From contig CAYMPS010000002.1 of NCBI GenBank assembly GCA_964392485.1, forward strand, positions 1 through 32,712: 32,712 nucleotides of DNA, in the 5' to 3' direction. Shown here in pieces: positions 8,583 through 15,677 of this stretch. Each line of letters opens with the position of its first letter. Position 1 is the stretch's first letter. Under the pieces are notes generated by a model that had not been told where the DNA came from, did not search any database, and was given only the letters and a program-made list of their open reading frames with translations. Both the position numbers and the translations under genes were made by a program. This DNA is from an uncultured Gammaproteobacteria bacterium (GTDB taxonomy: Bacteria > Patescibacteriota > Patescibacteriia > 2-12-FULL-60-25).

Positions 8583-8864
8583 CGTTCGATCACACAAAGG
8601 CAAACCTTCAATTCGGTTTTTCGGTCTTCTGTTGTCCTGAAAACTCGATATCCTCCATCGCTCTGTGAGCTTCGGGGGATGTCAATGTAGCGTAATATTG
8701 TCCAGAGAAGATCCGACACTCGTACCTAGAGCAACCTTTTGTAACCAAATCGGGATAATCAATCAATTTGTCGGTAGGGCTACTCTATCATGGAACGGAG
8801 ATTCTGAAAAGGGGGCATTTGGCGTTTATCATTCGGCTTTTAGCCGGAATCTTTGTGTCGAACG
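8583..8864 (-). ncRNA. Candidate ~280-nt structured RNA or leader upstream of rny
   Basis: Ends pair (CGTTCGACACAAAG / CTTTGTGTGATCGAACG); internal stems TAGAGTAGCC/GGTTGCTCTA and TCGGATCTTCT/AGAAGACCGA with G-U pairs on the minus strand; no credible ORF. Confidence 0.55.
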
Positions 8865-8923
8865 ATACCTATCATTACGCAACCGCGCGGCCAAATGCCA
8901 AACGCTAAATGCCAAATGCCAAT

Positions 8924-9048
8924 AAAAAACCCGCCCCATACGGCTGCAAGATTCGTTGCATTCAACGCGACTTATCGCGTTTAACGCGACCGGGCGATCG
9001 GGGAGAGTGATCTTCCGGACGAATTTCACAGCCGTACGGAGCGGCTTT
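8924..9048 (-). ncRNA. ~125-nt long-stem RNA ending in a U-tract (3' end of the RNA-rich unit)
   Basis: CCGCTCCGTACGGCTGTGA pairs with TTGCAGCCGTATGGGGCGG (four G-U pairs on the minus strand), extended by ATTCGT/ACGAAT; branched loop; followed by TTTTTT. Confidence 0.6.
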
Positions 9049-9054
9049 GTTTTT

Positions 9055-9130
9055 GGAACTGCCGAGGGCACCATCAAACGGATGATGATCTCGGTTGTCC
9101 TCAGGAGCGGCCGAGCGGTCGCTCCTGAGA
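9055..9130 (-). repeat. Double-hairpin spacer element, copy 5
   Basis: Hairpin CTCAGGAGCG/CGCTCCTGAG then ACAACCGAGATCATCATCC...GATGGTG..CTC, nearly identical to the second hairpin of 9628-9699. Confidence 0.75.
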
Positions 9131-9143
9131 AGGCGGGAATGTA

Positions 9144-9596
9144 CTACCGGCTTGAGTATACGGTCGCCCAATCGAACGTGCGGGTGCAATTGCAGCAGTA
9201 GTCTGCTTCGGGCTGCAATGATCCCTCTTCACCGTTCAGATATGCGGTGACCGCGTAACGTGACAGTTTGCACCGGTCGCGCGGCCATTCGAGCTTGCCA
9301 TCTGCCGTATGCATGGCGACCTTGATCTCCTCCGGGTAGCCTGCCCAGCCCCACACATCAGAGTCGTTGGTGGTGTACTCACAGGAGTACGCCTTGCCCG
9401 TGAGACCGTGCTTGGTGCACGTGGCCTCTCGGGATTCGCCGTCTTCGGTTACAACCGTCAACTCGACGGCCATGAGCACGGATGGTGATTCGACATACAC
9501 TTCCACGTGCCGTCTCGTCGCAAGGTGGATGAGTGCGTAGATGCCGATCAGACCAGCGATGATCGCCGGTACCGTGAGGATAGCTTTCTTTGTCAT
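9144..9596 (-). CDS. Hypothetical membrane-anchored Cys-rich protein (150 aa)
   Basis: Start MTKKAIL with GGAAGG RBS; N-terminal TM helix; six Cys residues. Confidence 0.7.
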   Translation of the reverse strand: MTKKAILTVPAIIAGLIGIYALIHLATRRHVEVYVESPSVLMAVELTVVTEDGESREATCTKHGLTGKAYSCEYTTNDSDVWGWAGYPEEIKVAMHTADGKLEWPRDRCKLSRYAVTAYLNGEEGSLQPEADYCCNCTRTFDWATVYSSR

Positions 9597-9627
9597 GTTT
9601 CCGCCTTCCTTTCGAAGGTGCAGGGTT

Positions 9628-9699
9628 GAACTCAGAGGCCACCATCTTGATGGATGATGATCTCGGTTGTTCCGGGATACCAGAGTTGGCATCCCGAAC
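9628..9699 (-). repeat. Double-hairpin spacer element, copy 4
   Basis: CGGGATGCCA-ACTC-TGGTATCCCG then AACAACCGAG-CATCATC/GATGGTG-CTC...GTTC. Confidence 0.75.
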
Positions 9700-9724
9700 G
9701 CGGTTTGAAGTGATCTGTTGGAAG

Positions 9725-9997
9725 TTACGTATTGAGGACGGGATAGGTTTTGTGGCCCATGATCGCCACTGCGAGCAGGAGGGCGATGATCGGATCCGCG
9801 ACCGTGATCCATGCCATGCTCGTAAGCACGACGGATTTGGGGATTGCGAATCGCACGACGTCTTCTGCGCGGAGAACGCGGAAGTTTCTGTGTTCCCGAC
9901 GCCAGCGCCGGGATTGGCATTGGTACTGTGCCATGCGCATGCATGCGAAGGCAACGGTCAAAACGGCGAAGATCGCAAGGATGTGTAGGAAGTTCAT
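9725..9997 (-). CDS. Small hypothetical membrane protein (90 aa, 2 TM)
   Basis: Start MNFLHIL after AAAGGGA; two hydrophobic segments around an Arg-rich loop. Confidence 0.65.
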   Translation of the reverse strand: MNFLHILAIFAVLTVAFACMRMAQYQCQSRRWRREHRNFRVLRAEDVVRFAIPKSVVLTSMAWITVADPIIALLLAVAIMGHKTYPVLNT

Positions 9998-10017
9998 TGT
10001 CCCTTTCTTTCGAAGGT

Positions 10018-10099
10018 GGAAGTCTGTGGGGCTTACATTAGAGACGTACGCCGCACGGTTTTCCAGGGATGCTCGATCGTTGATTCGAGCATCCCGTGG
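10018..10099 (-). repeat. Double-hairpin spacer element, copy 3
   Basis: GGGATGCTCGA/TCGAGCATCCC then GGAAAACCGTG...CACAGACTTCC; GAG/CTC of copies 4-5 becomes GTG/CAC. Confidence 0.65.
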
Positions 10100-10110
10100 G
10101 AGGTGAGAGA

Positions 10111-10551
10111 TTAGCCGGGTGATTTCTTGAGAGGCTTGACCTTGATCGTCACTTTGACGTTGCTGCCGACGAATTGCTCGTCCTTGGTGATCTGTCCGTT
10201 CTTGGGCAGGGTGAAGGTGTGATCGAGGAGCGAACAGTTGTCGCCTACGCAAGCGTACTCACTGACGTCCACATGGACCTGATCGCCCGCGTGGAGCGTG
10301 TTCGTGCTTCCCTTGAGGAAGCACCCGCTGTTGCCAAAGAGCTGTCCGCAGACCTTTTCGTACTCCTTGACGCCGGTTTCGACGTTGATCGCTAGGATGG
10401 GGAGCGGAGCTCCGCCAATCGAAGATGCGGCATGAGCGCTCACATCGATCGTGGTGTGCACCGGAGGCGCACTCTTGTCGTACTTCGGACCTTCTTCGCA
10501 CGCGGCGAGAACCAGTGCGAACAGAACGGTGATGATATATGAGGTACGCAT
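10111..10551 (-). CDS. Hypothetical lipoprotein (146 aa)
   Basis: AAAGGAG RBS; MRTSYIITVLFALVLAA/C lipobox; two Cys pairs; beta-rich. Confidence 0.8.
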   Translation of the reverse strand: MRTSYIITVLFALVLAACEEGPKYDKSAPPVHTTIDVSAHAASSIGGAPLPILAINVETGVKEYEKVCGQLFGNSGCFLKGSTNTLHAGDQVHVDVSEYACVGDNCSLLDHTFTLPKNGQITKDEQFVGSNVKVTIKVKPLKKSPG

Positions 10552-10564
10552 GGCGCACTCCTTT

Positions 10565-10688
10565 GGAAATTTCTGAAAATCGCGATCTGCTTGCGCTTCA
10601 CTTGGAAATCCGTTCAACGTATAGGCAATACGTTTCACGAATTTCCTCGTTCCAGCGCGGCGCATCTCATCGTTTTTCAGGAGTTTCC
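10565..10688 (-). ncRNA. ~125-nt rod-shaped RNA with internal bubbles
   Basis: Nested stems GGAAA/TTTCC, CTGAAAA/TTTTCAG, CGAT/ATCG, GCGCT/AGCGC, GGAAATTCGT/ACGGATTTCC, AACGTAT/ATACGTT. Confidence 0.55.
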
Positions 10689-10713
10689 TTGTAGATGTTG
10701 ATGTTCGCTGAAC

Positions 10714-10806
10714 GGAAGTTCTCGGCGCACCACCGTTCCCTGCTATGGGGATCGATGTGGTGCGCCAGGGTCTTCCCCGGAAGCGATGAGTGTCGCTTCC
10801 TGGAAG
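10714..10806 (-). repeat. Double-hairpin spacer element, copy 2
   Basis: GGAAGCGA-CACTCA-TCGCTTCC then GGAAG...GGCGCACCAC/GTGGTGCGCC...CTTCC. Confidence 0.65.
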
Positions 10807-10825
10807 GTTGTTGGGGAGGTTTATG

Positions 10826-11092
10826 TTAGCTGTAGAGCCGACAGGCTGCCTGGAACGCTCGTTCCTTGCGGGCGGCTGCGTCGTAGACGCATCCGATAGC
10901 GAGCGCAACGGCCACGCCGACCGTCCAGATGGACCAGAGAGCCGTGATGACCTGGGTGCCGGACATCGGCAAGCTCGCATATACGAACTGCTGGTTGATG
11001 ATCGGTGCGTGGTACACGGTGCTGGCGACGCACCACATGGCGGCGACGATGGCGACAACGACGATGTTTCCGAAGGTGCGAGAGCTTTTCAT
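10826..11092 (-). CDS. Small hypothetical membrane protein (88 aa, 2 TM)
   Basis: AGAGGG RBS; two hydrophobic helices. Confidence 0.7.
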   Translation of the reverse strand: MKSSRTFGNIVVVAIVAAMWCVASTVYHAPIINQQFVYASLPMSGTQVITALWSIWTVGVAVALAIGCVYDAAARKERAFQAACRLYS

Positions 11093-11151
11093 GTTAATCC
11101 CTCTAACGGGTTGGTCCGCTTTGGGCGGAGGAGTCTTTGAAATTGTCCGTG

Positions 11152-11223
11152 GGAATTCCTCATACCACTATTGCGTTAGCGATCTGAGGGATTCCGGGAA
11201 GCATTCAGACGAATGCTTCCCGG
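11152..11223 (-). repeat. Double-hairpin spacer element, copy 1
   Basis: Perfect 13-bp CCGGGAAGCATTC/GAATGCTTCCCGG then GGAATCCCTCA...TGAGGAATTCC. Confidence 0.65.
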
Positions 11224-11228
11224 GTAAG

Positions 11229-11335
11229 TGGTGGCGATGGGGGGAATCGAACTTGCTTGTTAAGCGCACCTTGGGTCTCCGCAGAGTCTTGGTCCCCTGA
11301 TCAGCAAGAGGCATCTCACCAAACCTGGCACCGCC
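11229..11335 (-). ncRNA. tRNA-like RNA or pseudo-tRNA (107 nt)
   Basis: 7-bp acceptor stem GGCGGTG/CATCGCC + ACCA; T-loop GTTCGATT; but the T-stem 5' strand (GCAAG) does not pair with CCCCC and the anticodon arm is non-canonical. Confidence 0.6.
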
Positions 11336-11352
11336 ATAATTTTTGTCGTGCA

Positions 11353-11555
11353 TTCATGCCGACGGAACTGAGGGGAAATAGACAGAGGTGGCTCCCGAAG
11401 GTGCGTTCCGTCTTATGATCTCGTGCGTGAAGTGTCCTAGATTCATCCGCCGAACGGCGGGCGATCCCGGTCAAATCATGCGTTGATCCACCGGTCCGTT
11501 CTCCCTTAGGGATGTCGGACACGGGCTCTCTCCTCCTCAGTTCTGTCAGCGTGAA
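11353..11555 (-). ncRNA. ~200-nt multibranched structured RNA, copy A
   Basis: Direct repeat of 11592-11787; closing stem GACAGAACTGAGG/CCTCAGTTCCGTC; four-way junction; cUUCGg-capped 3' hairpin. Confidence 0.75.
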
Positions 11556-11591
11556 GCTGTTTGTCGATCGTGCGATTGTTTTGCGCCTTCT

Positions 11592-11787
11592 TATACCGGC
11601 GGATCTGAGGGGAACGGAACGGGGTGGCTCCCGAAGGTGCTCCCATTCCATGGCTGTTGTATGAAGTGTTCGAGATTCATCCGCCGAACGGCGGGCGATC
11701 CCGGTCAAATCATGCGCTGGCCACCGGATCGTTCTCCCTTTGGGATGTCGATCACGGTTCTCTCTCCTCCTCAGGTCCGCATGTACA
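11592..11787 (-). ncRNA. ~200-nt multibranched structured RNA, copy B
   Basis: Same architecture as copy A with compensatory stem changes (GGAATGGG/CCCGTTCC vs AGACGGA/TCTGTCT). Confidence 0.75.
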
Positions 11788-11899
11788 AAAATCGCGTACC
11801 TTATGGGGATACGCGTTCAATAACCGAAACATGATGTTTCGTGCGACTCTTACCTCGTCGCAAAGGCTCTCCCCAGAGTTCTTCATTTGTTAACGAAGT

Positions 11900-11928
11900 A
11901 CTATAGCATGTATTTACAGTCTTGTCAA
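11900..11928 (-). promoter_or_regulatory. Strong sigma70 promoter driving the RNA-rich unit
   Basis: Minus strand TTGACA (11928-11923), 17-nt spacer, TGn-extended TATAGT (11905-11900). Confidence 0.85.
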
Positions 11929-12004
11929 GAGGGGTTGGCAGTGTTTAAGCCAAATTTGCTAATTTAAGCCAAATTTAACGTTTTTATATCCATTTGCACG
12001 AAGA

Positions 12005-12187
12005 ATCGAAAATGGATGGTTAACCGCATCCGAAAATGGCGCATGGATCATGGTGCCGGACTACGTGCATATCATTTTGGAAATTCAACAAGACACGAAC
12101 CGCCTGACAAACGGGAACATCCAGGAAGGCGTAGGGGTATGGCGCGCCATCCCCCTACTTGTCGCCTCACCGGGGCACGCCCCTACG
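12005..12187 (+). pseudogene. Remnant of a REP-associated tyrosine transposase (RAYT, IS200/IS605 Y1 superfamily) with a REP-like palindrome
   Basis: In-frame IENGWL...WIMVPDYVHIILEI resembles a decayed HUH motif (MPNH.H); GTAGGGGTATGGCGCGCCATCCCCCTAC at 12131-12158 and a half-site CGCCCCTAC. Confidence 0.6.
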
Positions 12188-12659
12188 AGGATCGTTTTTC
12201 GTTCAAATCCTTCGGGGTTATCGTCCCCTTCTTTGTCTGTTGGATGTGTCGGATGATGCGATAGATCGCGATCAAGATGAGCGCACCGATGAGATCCATG
12301 AGCAGGTCGTTCATGGTGTCCGCGATTGAAGGCTGATAAATGTCTCCGGTAACGGCCTGCATAATGAATTCCCAGAATTCCCAGACCACGCCCACGAGCG
12401 ATACGGTGGAAAACACGATGTAGTCTCGGAAGATAAACGGACGGAGAGCCGCCCAGCCGCGTCTGCGCCAGCGTTCGAGCAGGATCATGCTCATCCAGCC
12501 GATAGCAACGCCTCCCATAACATGTGCGAGCACGTCTAATTCCGAACGCATCGGGAGCGTGTGCATGCGTATGTACTGGAGGATGATAACGACGATCGGC
12601 GGGATGGCTGCCGTGCAAACGTCTTTGAAGAACGTGAGGATGTTTTTCGGTTCGGTCAT
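12183..12659 (-). CDS. Integral membrane protein (VanZ/DUF2238-like D..AH...WE..E...DT..DL motif)
   Basis: Four hydrophobic helices; start overlaps the truB stop (ATGA). Confidence 0.75.
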   Translation of the reverse strand: MTEPKNILTFFKDVCTAAIPPIVVIILQYIRMHTLPMRSELDVLAHVMGGVAIGWMSMILLERWRRRGWAALRPFIFRDYIVFSTVSLVGVVWEFWEFIMQAVTGDIYQPSIADTMNDLLMDLIGALILIAIYRIIRHIQQTKKGTITPKDLNEKRSS

Positions 12660-13336
12660 AGAGGAATCAACGCCCGCGCCATGCGTTCGGCATCAAGTGC
12701 GTCCAGCGATAAGGAATCGTCTACAGTATAATCCCTAATCCGCGTTCGGCGTAGAGCGGTGAGGTACGCGCCGGTCCCGAGCGCTTCGCCGATATCGCGC
12801 GCGAGTGCACGAATATACGTTCCGGACGAACAAACCGCGCGAAATTTCAATTCCGGCCATTCATAGGAGATTATTTCAAGTTCGTGGATCTTCACTTCTT
12901 TTTTCGGCAGTTCAACGCCTTCCATCGTTCCCTTGCGCGCGAGTTCATACAATTTTTTGCCCCCGACTTTTTTCGCGCTGTAGGCCGGTGCGGTCTGGAC
13001 GTACGAACCGCGAAATCCATCAATGATTTTTGTTACATCATCTATTGACGGCGGCTTCGACATTCGACATTCGACATTCGATATTACCCCTTCCGGATCA
13101 TCCGTTGTGCTCGTCGCGCCGAGCTTCGCAGTGGCTATGTATTCCTTATCGAGTCCCACGATATCCGCGAGCTTCTTCGTCGCCCTATTAATCCCAAGGA
13201 TAAGCAGGCCCGTTGCGAACGGATCAAGCGTTCCCGCATGACCTACGCGTTTCGTCTTGGCAATTCTTCGAACCGCATCAACCACATCGTGGCTCGTAAG
13301 CCCCGCGGGTTTGTCTATGAGGAGAAATCCATCCAT
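12656..13336 (-). CDS. truB: tRNA pseudouridine(55) synthase
   Basis: GFLLIDKP.G.TSHDVV, GHAGTLDPFATG, SAKKVGG..LY, CSSGTYIRALARDIG. Confidence 0.96.
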   Translation of the reverse strand: MDGFLLIDKPAGLTSHDVVDAVRRIAKTKRVGHAGTLDPFATGLLILGINRATKKLADIVGLDKEYIATAKLGATSTTDDPEGVISNVECRMSKPPSIDDVTKIIDGFRGSYVQTAPAYSAKKVGGKKLYELARKGTMEGVELPKKEVKIHELEIISYEWPELKFRAVCSSGTYIRALARDIGEALGTGAYLTALRRTRIRDYTVDDSLSLDALDAERMARALIPL

Positions 13337-13339
13337 ATT

Positions 13340-13436
13340 CAGGGAGTTAGGGTATAGGGAGGTAGGGAGTTTGGGAATACGCCCGCCGATTTTTTTCATC
13401 TTCCCTAATCTCTAAACCCTAAACCCTAACTCCCTG
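13340..13436. repeat. Inverted heptamer repeat between the divergent truB and infB genes
   Basis: CAGGGAGTTAGGGT...TAGGG units inverted against CCCTAAACCCTAACTCCCTG. Confidence 0.75.
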
Positions 13437-13438
13437 AA

Positions 13439-13467
13439 TTGACAAAATGCTCGAATTTCCGTAGGAT
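13439..13467 (+). promoter_or_regulatory. sigma70 promoter of infB (very short leader)
   Basis: TTGACA-N17-TAGGAT, 11 nt before the ATG, no SD. Confidence 0.75.
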
Positions 13468-13478
13468 GAGCGCACTTT

Positions 13479-15494
13479 ATGAACGTATCCGAGCTCGCGC
13501 GCCGTTTGCGCGTAACGCCGAATGAACTCCTGGACAAGCTTCCGGGGCTCGGTTTTTCCATTGGCCGCCGCGCGATCAAGGTTGACGACGTGCTCGCGGA
13601 CAAGATCATGAAGAAATGGCACGAGAACCGGCGCCGCGAGCGCATGCGTTCATCGCTCCTGAAGACGTCAAAGACGGAAGATCAAAGGGACCCATCGGAA
13701 CTCAAGCCCGTGAGGATCCCGCAGATCATCATCGTCCGCGACCTTGCGGGACTTCTGGATGTTCCGGTAACGCGTCTCATTTTGGAACTCATGCGGAACG
13801 GCATCTTAGCCGCTCAGAACGAGCGGCTCGATTACGAGACCGCTGCCATCATCGCGGAGGAGCTCGGATTCAAAGCGGAGCTCCTTGAAGAGAAAGATGG
13901 GGACTCGGCAGAACAGGTTGCGGCGCAGGATCGTTTAAAGGAAGTCGTTGAAGCCGAATCAACGGAGAGCCTGCAATCGCGTCCGCCCGTCATCGTGGTC
14001 ATGGGACACGTGGATCACGGGAAAACGAAAACGCTCGATGCGATTCGCCGAACGAACGTGATGGATTCCGAAGCCGGCGGCATTACACAGCATATCGGCG
14101 CGTACCAGGCGGAGCGCAAGAATCGAAAAATCACATTTATTGATACGCCGGGACACGAAGCGTTCACGATCATGCGATCGCGCGGAGCGAAGGTGGCGGA
14201 CATCGCCATTCTCGTCGTTGCCGCGGACGACGGCGTTCAGCCGCAGACCAAGGAAGCGATCGACATCATTAAAGCGGCGAATCTTTCCTACATCGTTGCG
14301 CTGAACAAGATGGATAAACCGGAAGCGGATCCGGACCGCGTCCTCGCCCAGCTTTCGGAGTACGGCGTGCAGGTGGAAGACTGGGGCGGGAACGTGCCGC
14401 TCGTAAAGATCTCCGCAAAAACCGGGGAAGGCATCGACGACCTTTTGGAAATGGTGCTCCTCGTTGCGGATATGAACCCGGAACGCATTCGCGCGAACCC
14501 CGACCTCATGGCCAAAGGAACAGTCATTGAATCACACGTGGATAAGGGGGAGGGACCGGTGGCAACGGTGCTCGTGCAGAGCGGAACGCTCAAGCGAAAC
14601 GATTCCATCGGCATCGGTGAAGCGCTGTACGGACGCGTGCGCGCCATGCGCGATTGGACCGGAAACAGCGTGGAATATGCTCCGCCGGGAACACCGGTTA
14701 AAATTCTCGGGTTTAAAGTCGCGCCCGCCGTCGGAGACGTCTTCGAAGTTCCCGAGGATCCAAAGAAATTAAAGGAACGCATGAAGAGCGCGCGGCAGGT
14801 TGCGGAAGCGTTCGTGGCCAAAAAGCAGATGCCGAAGAAAGAAGAGGATTCCGAACGTGAAACGAAGAAAGTGATGCTTCAGGTGGTATTGAAAGCGGAC
14901 GTCCTCGGATCCCTCGAAGCGATCCTCGGCATGCTCGAGAAGATCAAAGACGATCGCGTCGGCGTGGAAGTCATCAAGAAGGGATTGGGGAACGTGACGG
15001 ATACGGATTTGAGCGCGGCGGCGAATACGTCAAAGATCGTGTACGCATTTAACGTGGTGCCTGATCCGCAGGTTGCGGAGATGGCCCGCGACGAGAACGT
15101 CGACATTCGGAAGTACAAGATCATTTACGAGCTTCAGGACGATATCGTCGCGGAACTCAATAAGCTCCTGAAGCCGGAAATTAGCTACGTGCAGATCGGC
15201 ACGTTCGAGACCGTGGCCATCTTCCGCACCGAAGCCGGACGCATGGTCATCGGCGGAAAGGTGAAGGACGGCAAGGTCGTGACCGGAGAGAAGGCGCGCG
15301 TATGGCGCGACGATGAACCGCAGGGCGATATTGAAATCGAAACCGTGCAGATCGGAAAGCAGAAACTGAACGAAGCGGCACAGGGCACGGAGTGCGGACT
15401 ATCAATCAAAGGCAAGGTGAAGATCCAAGTCGGGGATAGACTGGATGTCTTCCACGAGGAAGTGTCGGAGAGGAAGTTGGAGATTGGGAAATAG
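13479..15494 (+). CDS. infB: Translation initiation factor IF-2
   Basis: [38 protein letters not shown]; C-terminal GTECGL. Confidence 0.97.
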   Translation: MNVSELARRLRVTPNELLDKLPGLGFSIGRRAIKVDDVLADKIMKKWHENRRRERMRSSLLKTSKTEDQRDPSELKPVRIPQIIIVRDLAGLLDVPVTRLILELMRNGILAAQNERLDYETAAIIAEELGFKAELLEEKDGDSAEQVAAQDRLKEVVEAESTESLQSRPPVIVVMGHVDHGKTKTLDAIRRTNVMDSEAGGITQHIGAYQAERKNRKITFIDTPGHEAFTIMRSRGAKVADIAILVVAADDGVQPQTKEAIDIIKAANLSYIVALNKMDKPEADPDRVLAQLSEYGVQVEDWGGNVPLVKISAKTGEGIDDLLEMVLLVADMNPERIRANPDLMAKGTVIESHVDKGEGPVATVLVQSGTLKRNDSIGIGEALYGRVRAMRDWTGNSVEYAPPGTPVKILGFKVAPAVGDVFEVPEDPKKLKERMKSARQVAEAFVAKKQMPKKEEDSERETKKVMLQVVLKADVLGSLEAILGMLEKIKDDRVGVEVIKKGLGNVTDTDLSAAANTSKIVYAFNVVPDPQVAEMARDENVDIRKYKIIYELQDDIVAELNKLLKPEISYVQIGTFETVAIFRTEAGRMVIGGKVKDGKVVTGEKARVWRDDEPQGDIEIETVQIGKQKLNEAAQGTECGLSIKGKVKIQVGDRLDVFHEEVSERKLEIGK

Positions 15495-15533
15495 AAAATT
15501 TCGCATTTCGCATCGCGCATTTAGGAAAAAAAG

Positions 15534-15570
15534 AGAGCCGTCAGCGTGCAAGTGCACGCGACGGCTCTTT
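15534..15570. repeat. 37-bp hairpin, left copy of a direct repeat
   Basis: AGAGCCGTCAGCGTGCAAGTGCACGCGACGGCTCTTT; 1 mismatch to 16513-16549; terminator-like. Confidence 0.9.
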
Positions 15571-15677
15571 TAGAATAGTATTCACGGTCATTAATAATCG
15601 AGCTGTTTGACGAAAAATGATTTTTACATAAAGATGCGCGGTGGAGAGATGATCTTTTACATCGAAAGGAGGATTGC

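Noticed and set aside
8924-9048. SRP (4.5S) RNA
   Set aside because: GTCCGGAAG is present but the CAGG...AGCAG helix-8 internal loop is missing
9144-11058. Long ORF-track versions (266, 175 and 315 aa) of the operon genes
   Set aside because: The N-terminal extensions run through structured spacers and other genes; internal ATGs have clear RBS and signal or TM starts
11229-11335. Canonical tRNA or tmRNA
   Set aside because: T-stem unpaired and anticodon loop non-canonical; no G3-U70 pair and too short for a tag reading frame
11353-11787. Tandem FMN, glycine or c-di-AMP riboswitches
   Set aside because: Only scattered short words match (ACCGGTGG, CCGAAGG); the diagnostic motifs and their order are absent, and no metabolic gene follows
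11316-11893. Short ORFs over the duplicated RNA region
   Set aside because: Indels between the two copies break the frames while base pairing is preserved, which favours RNA function
8924-11928. Retron, diversity-generating retroelement or prophage
   Set aside because: No reverse transcriptase, integrase or phage gene in the window; differences between repeat copies are not adenine-specific
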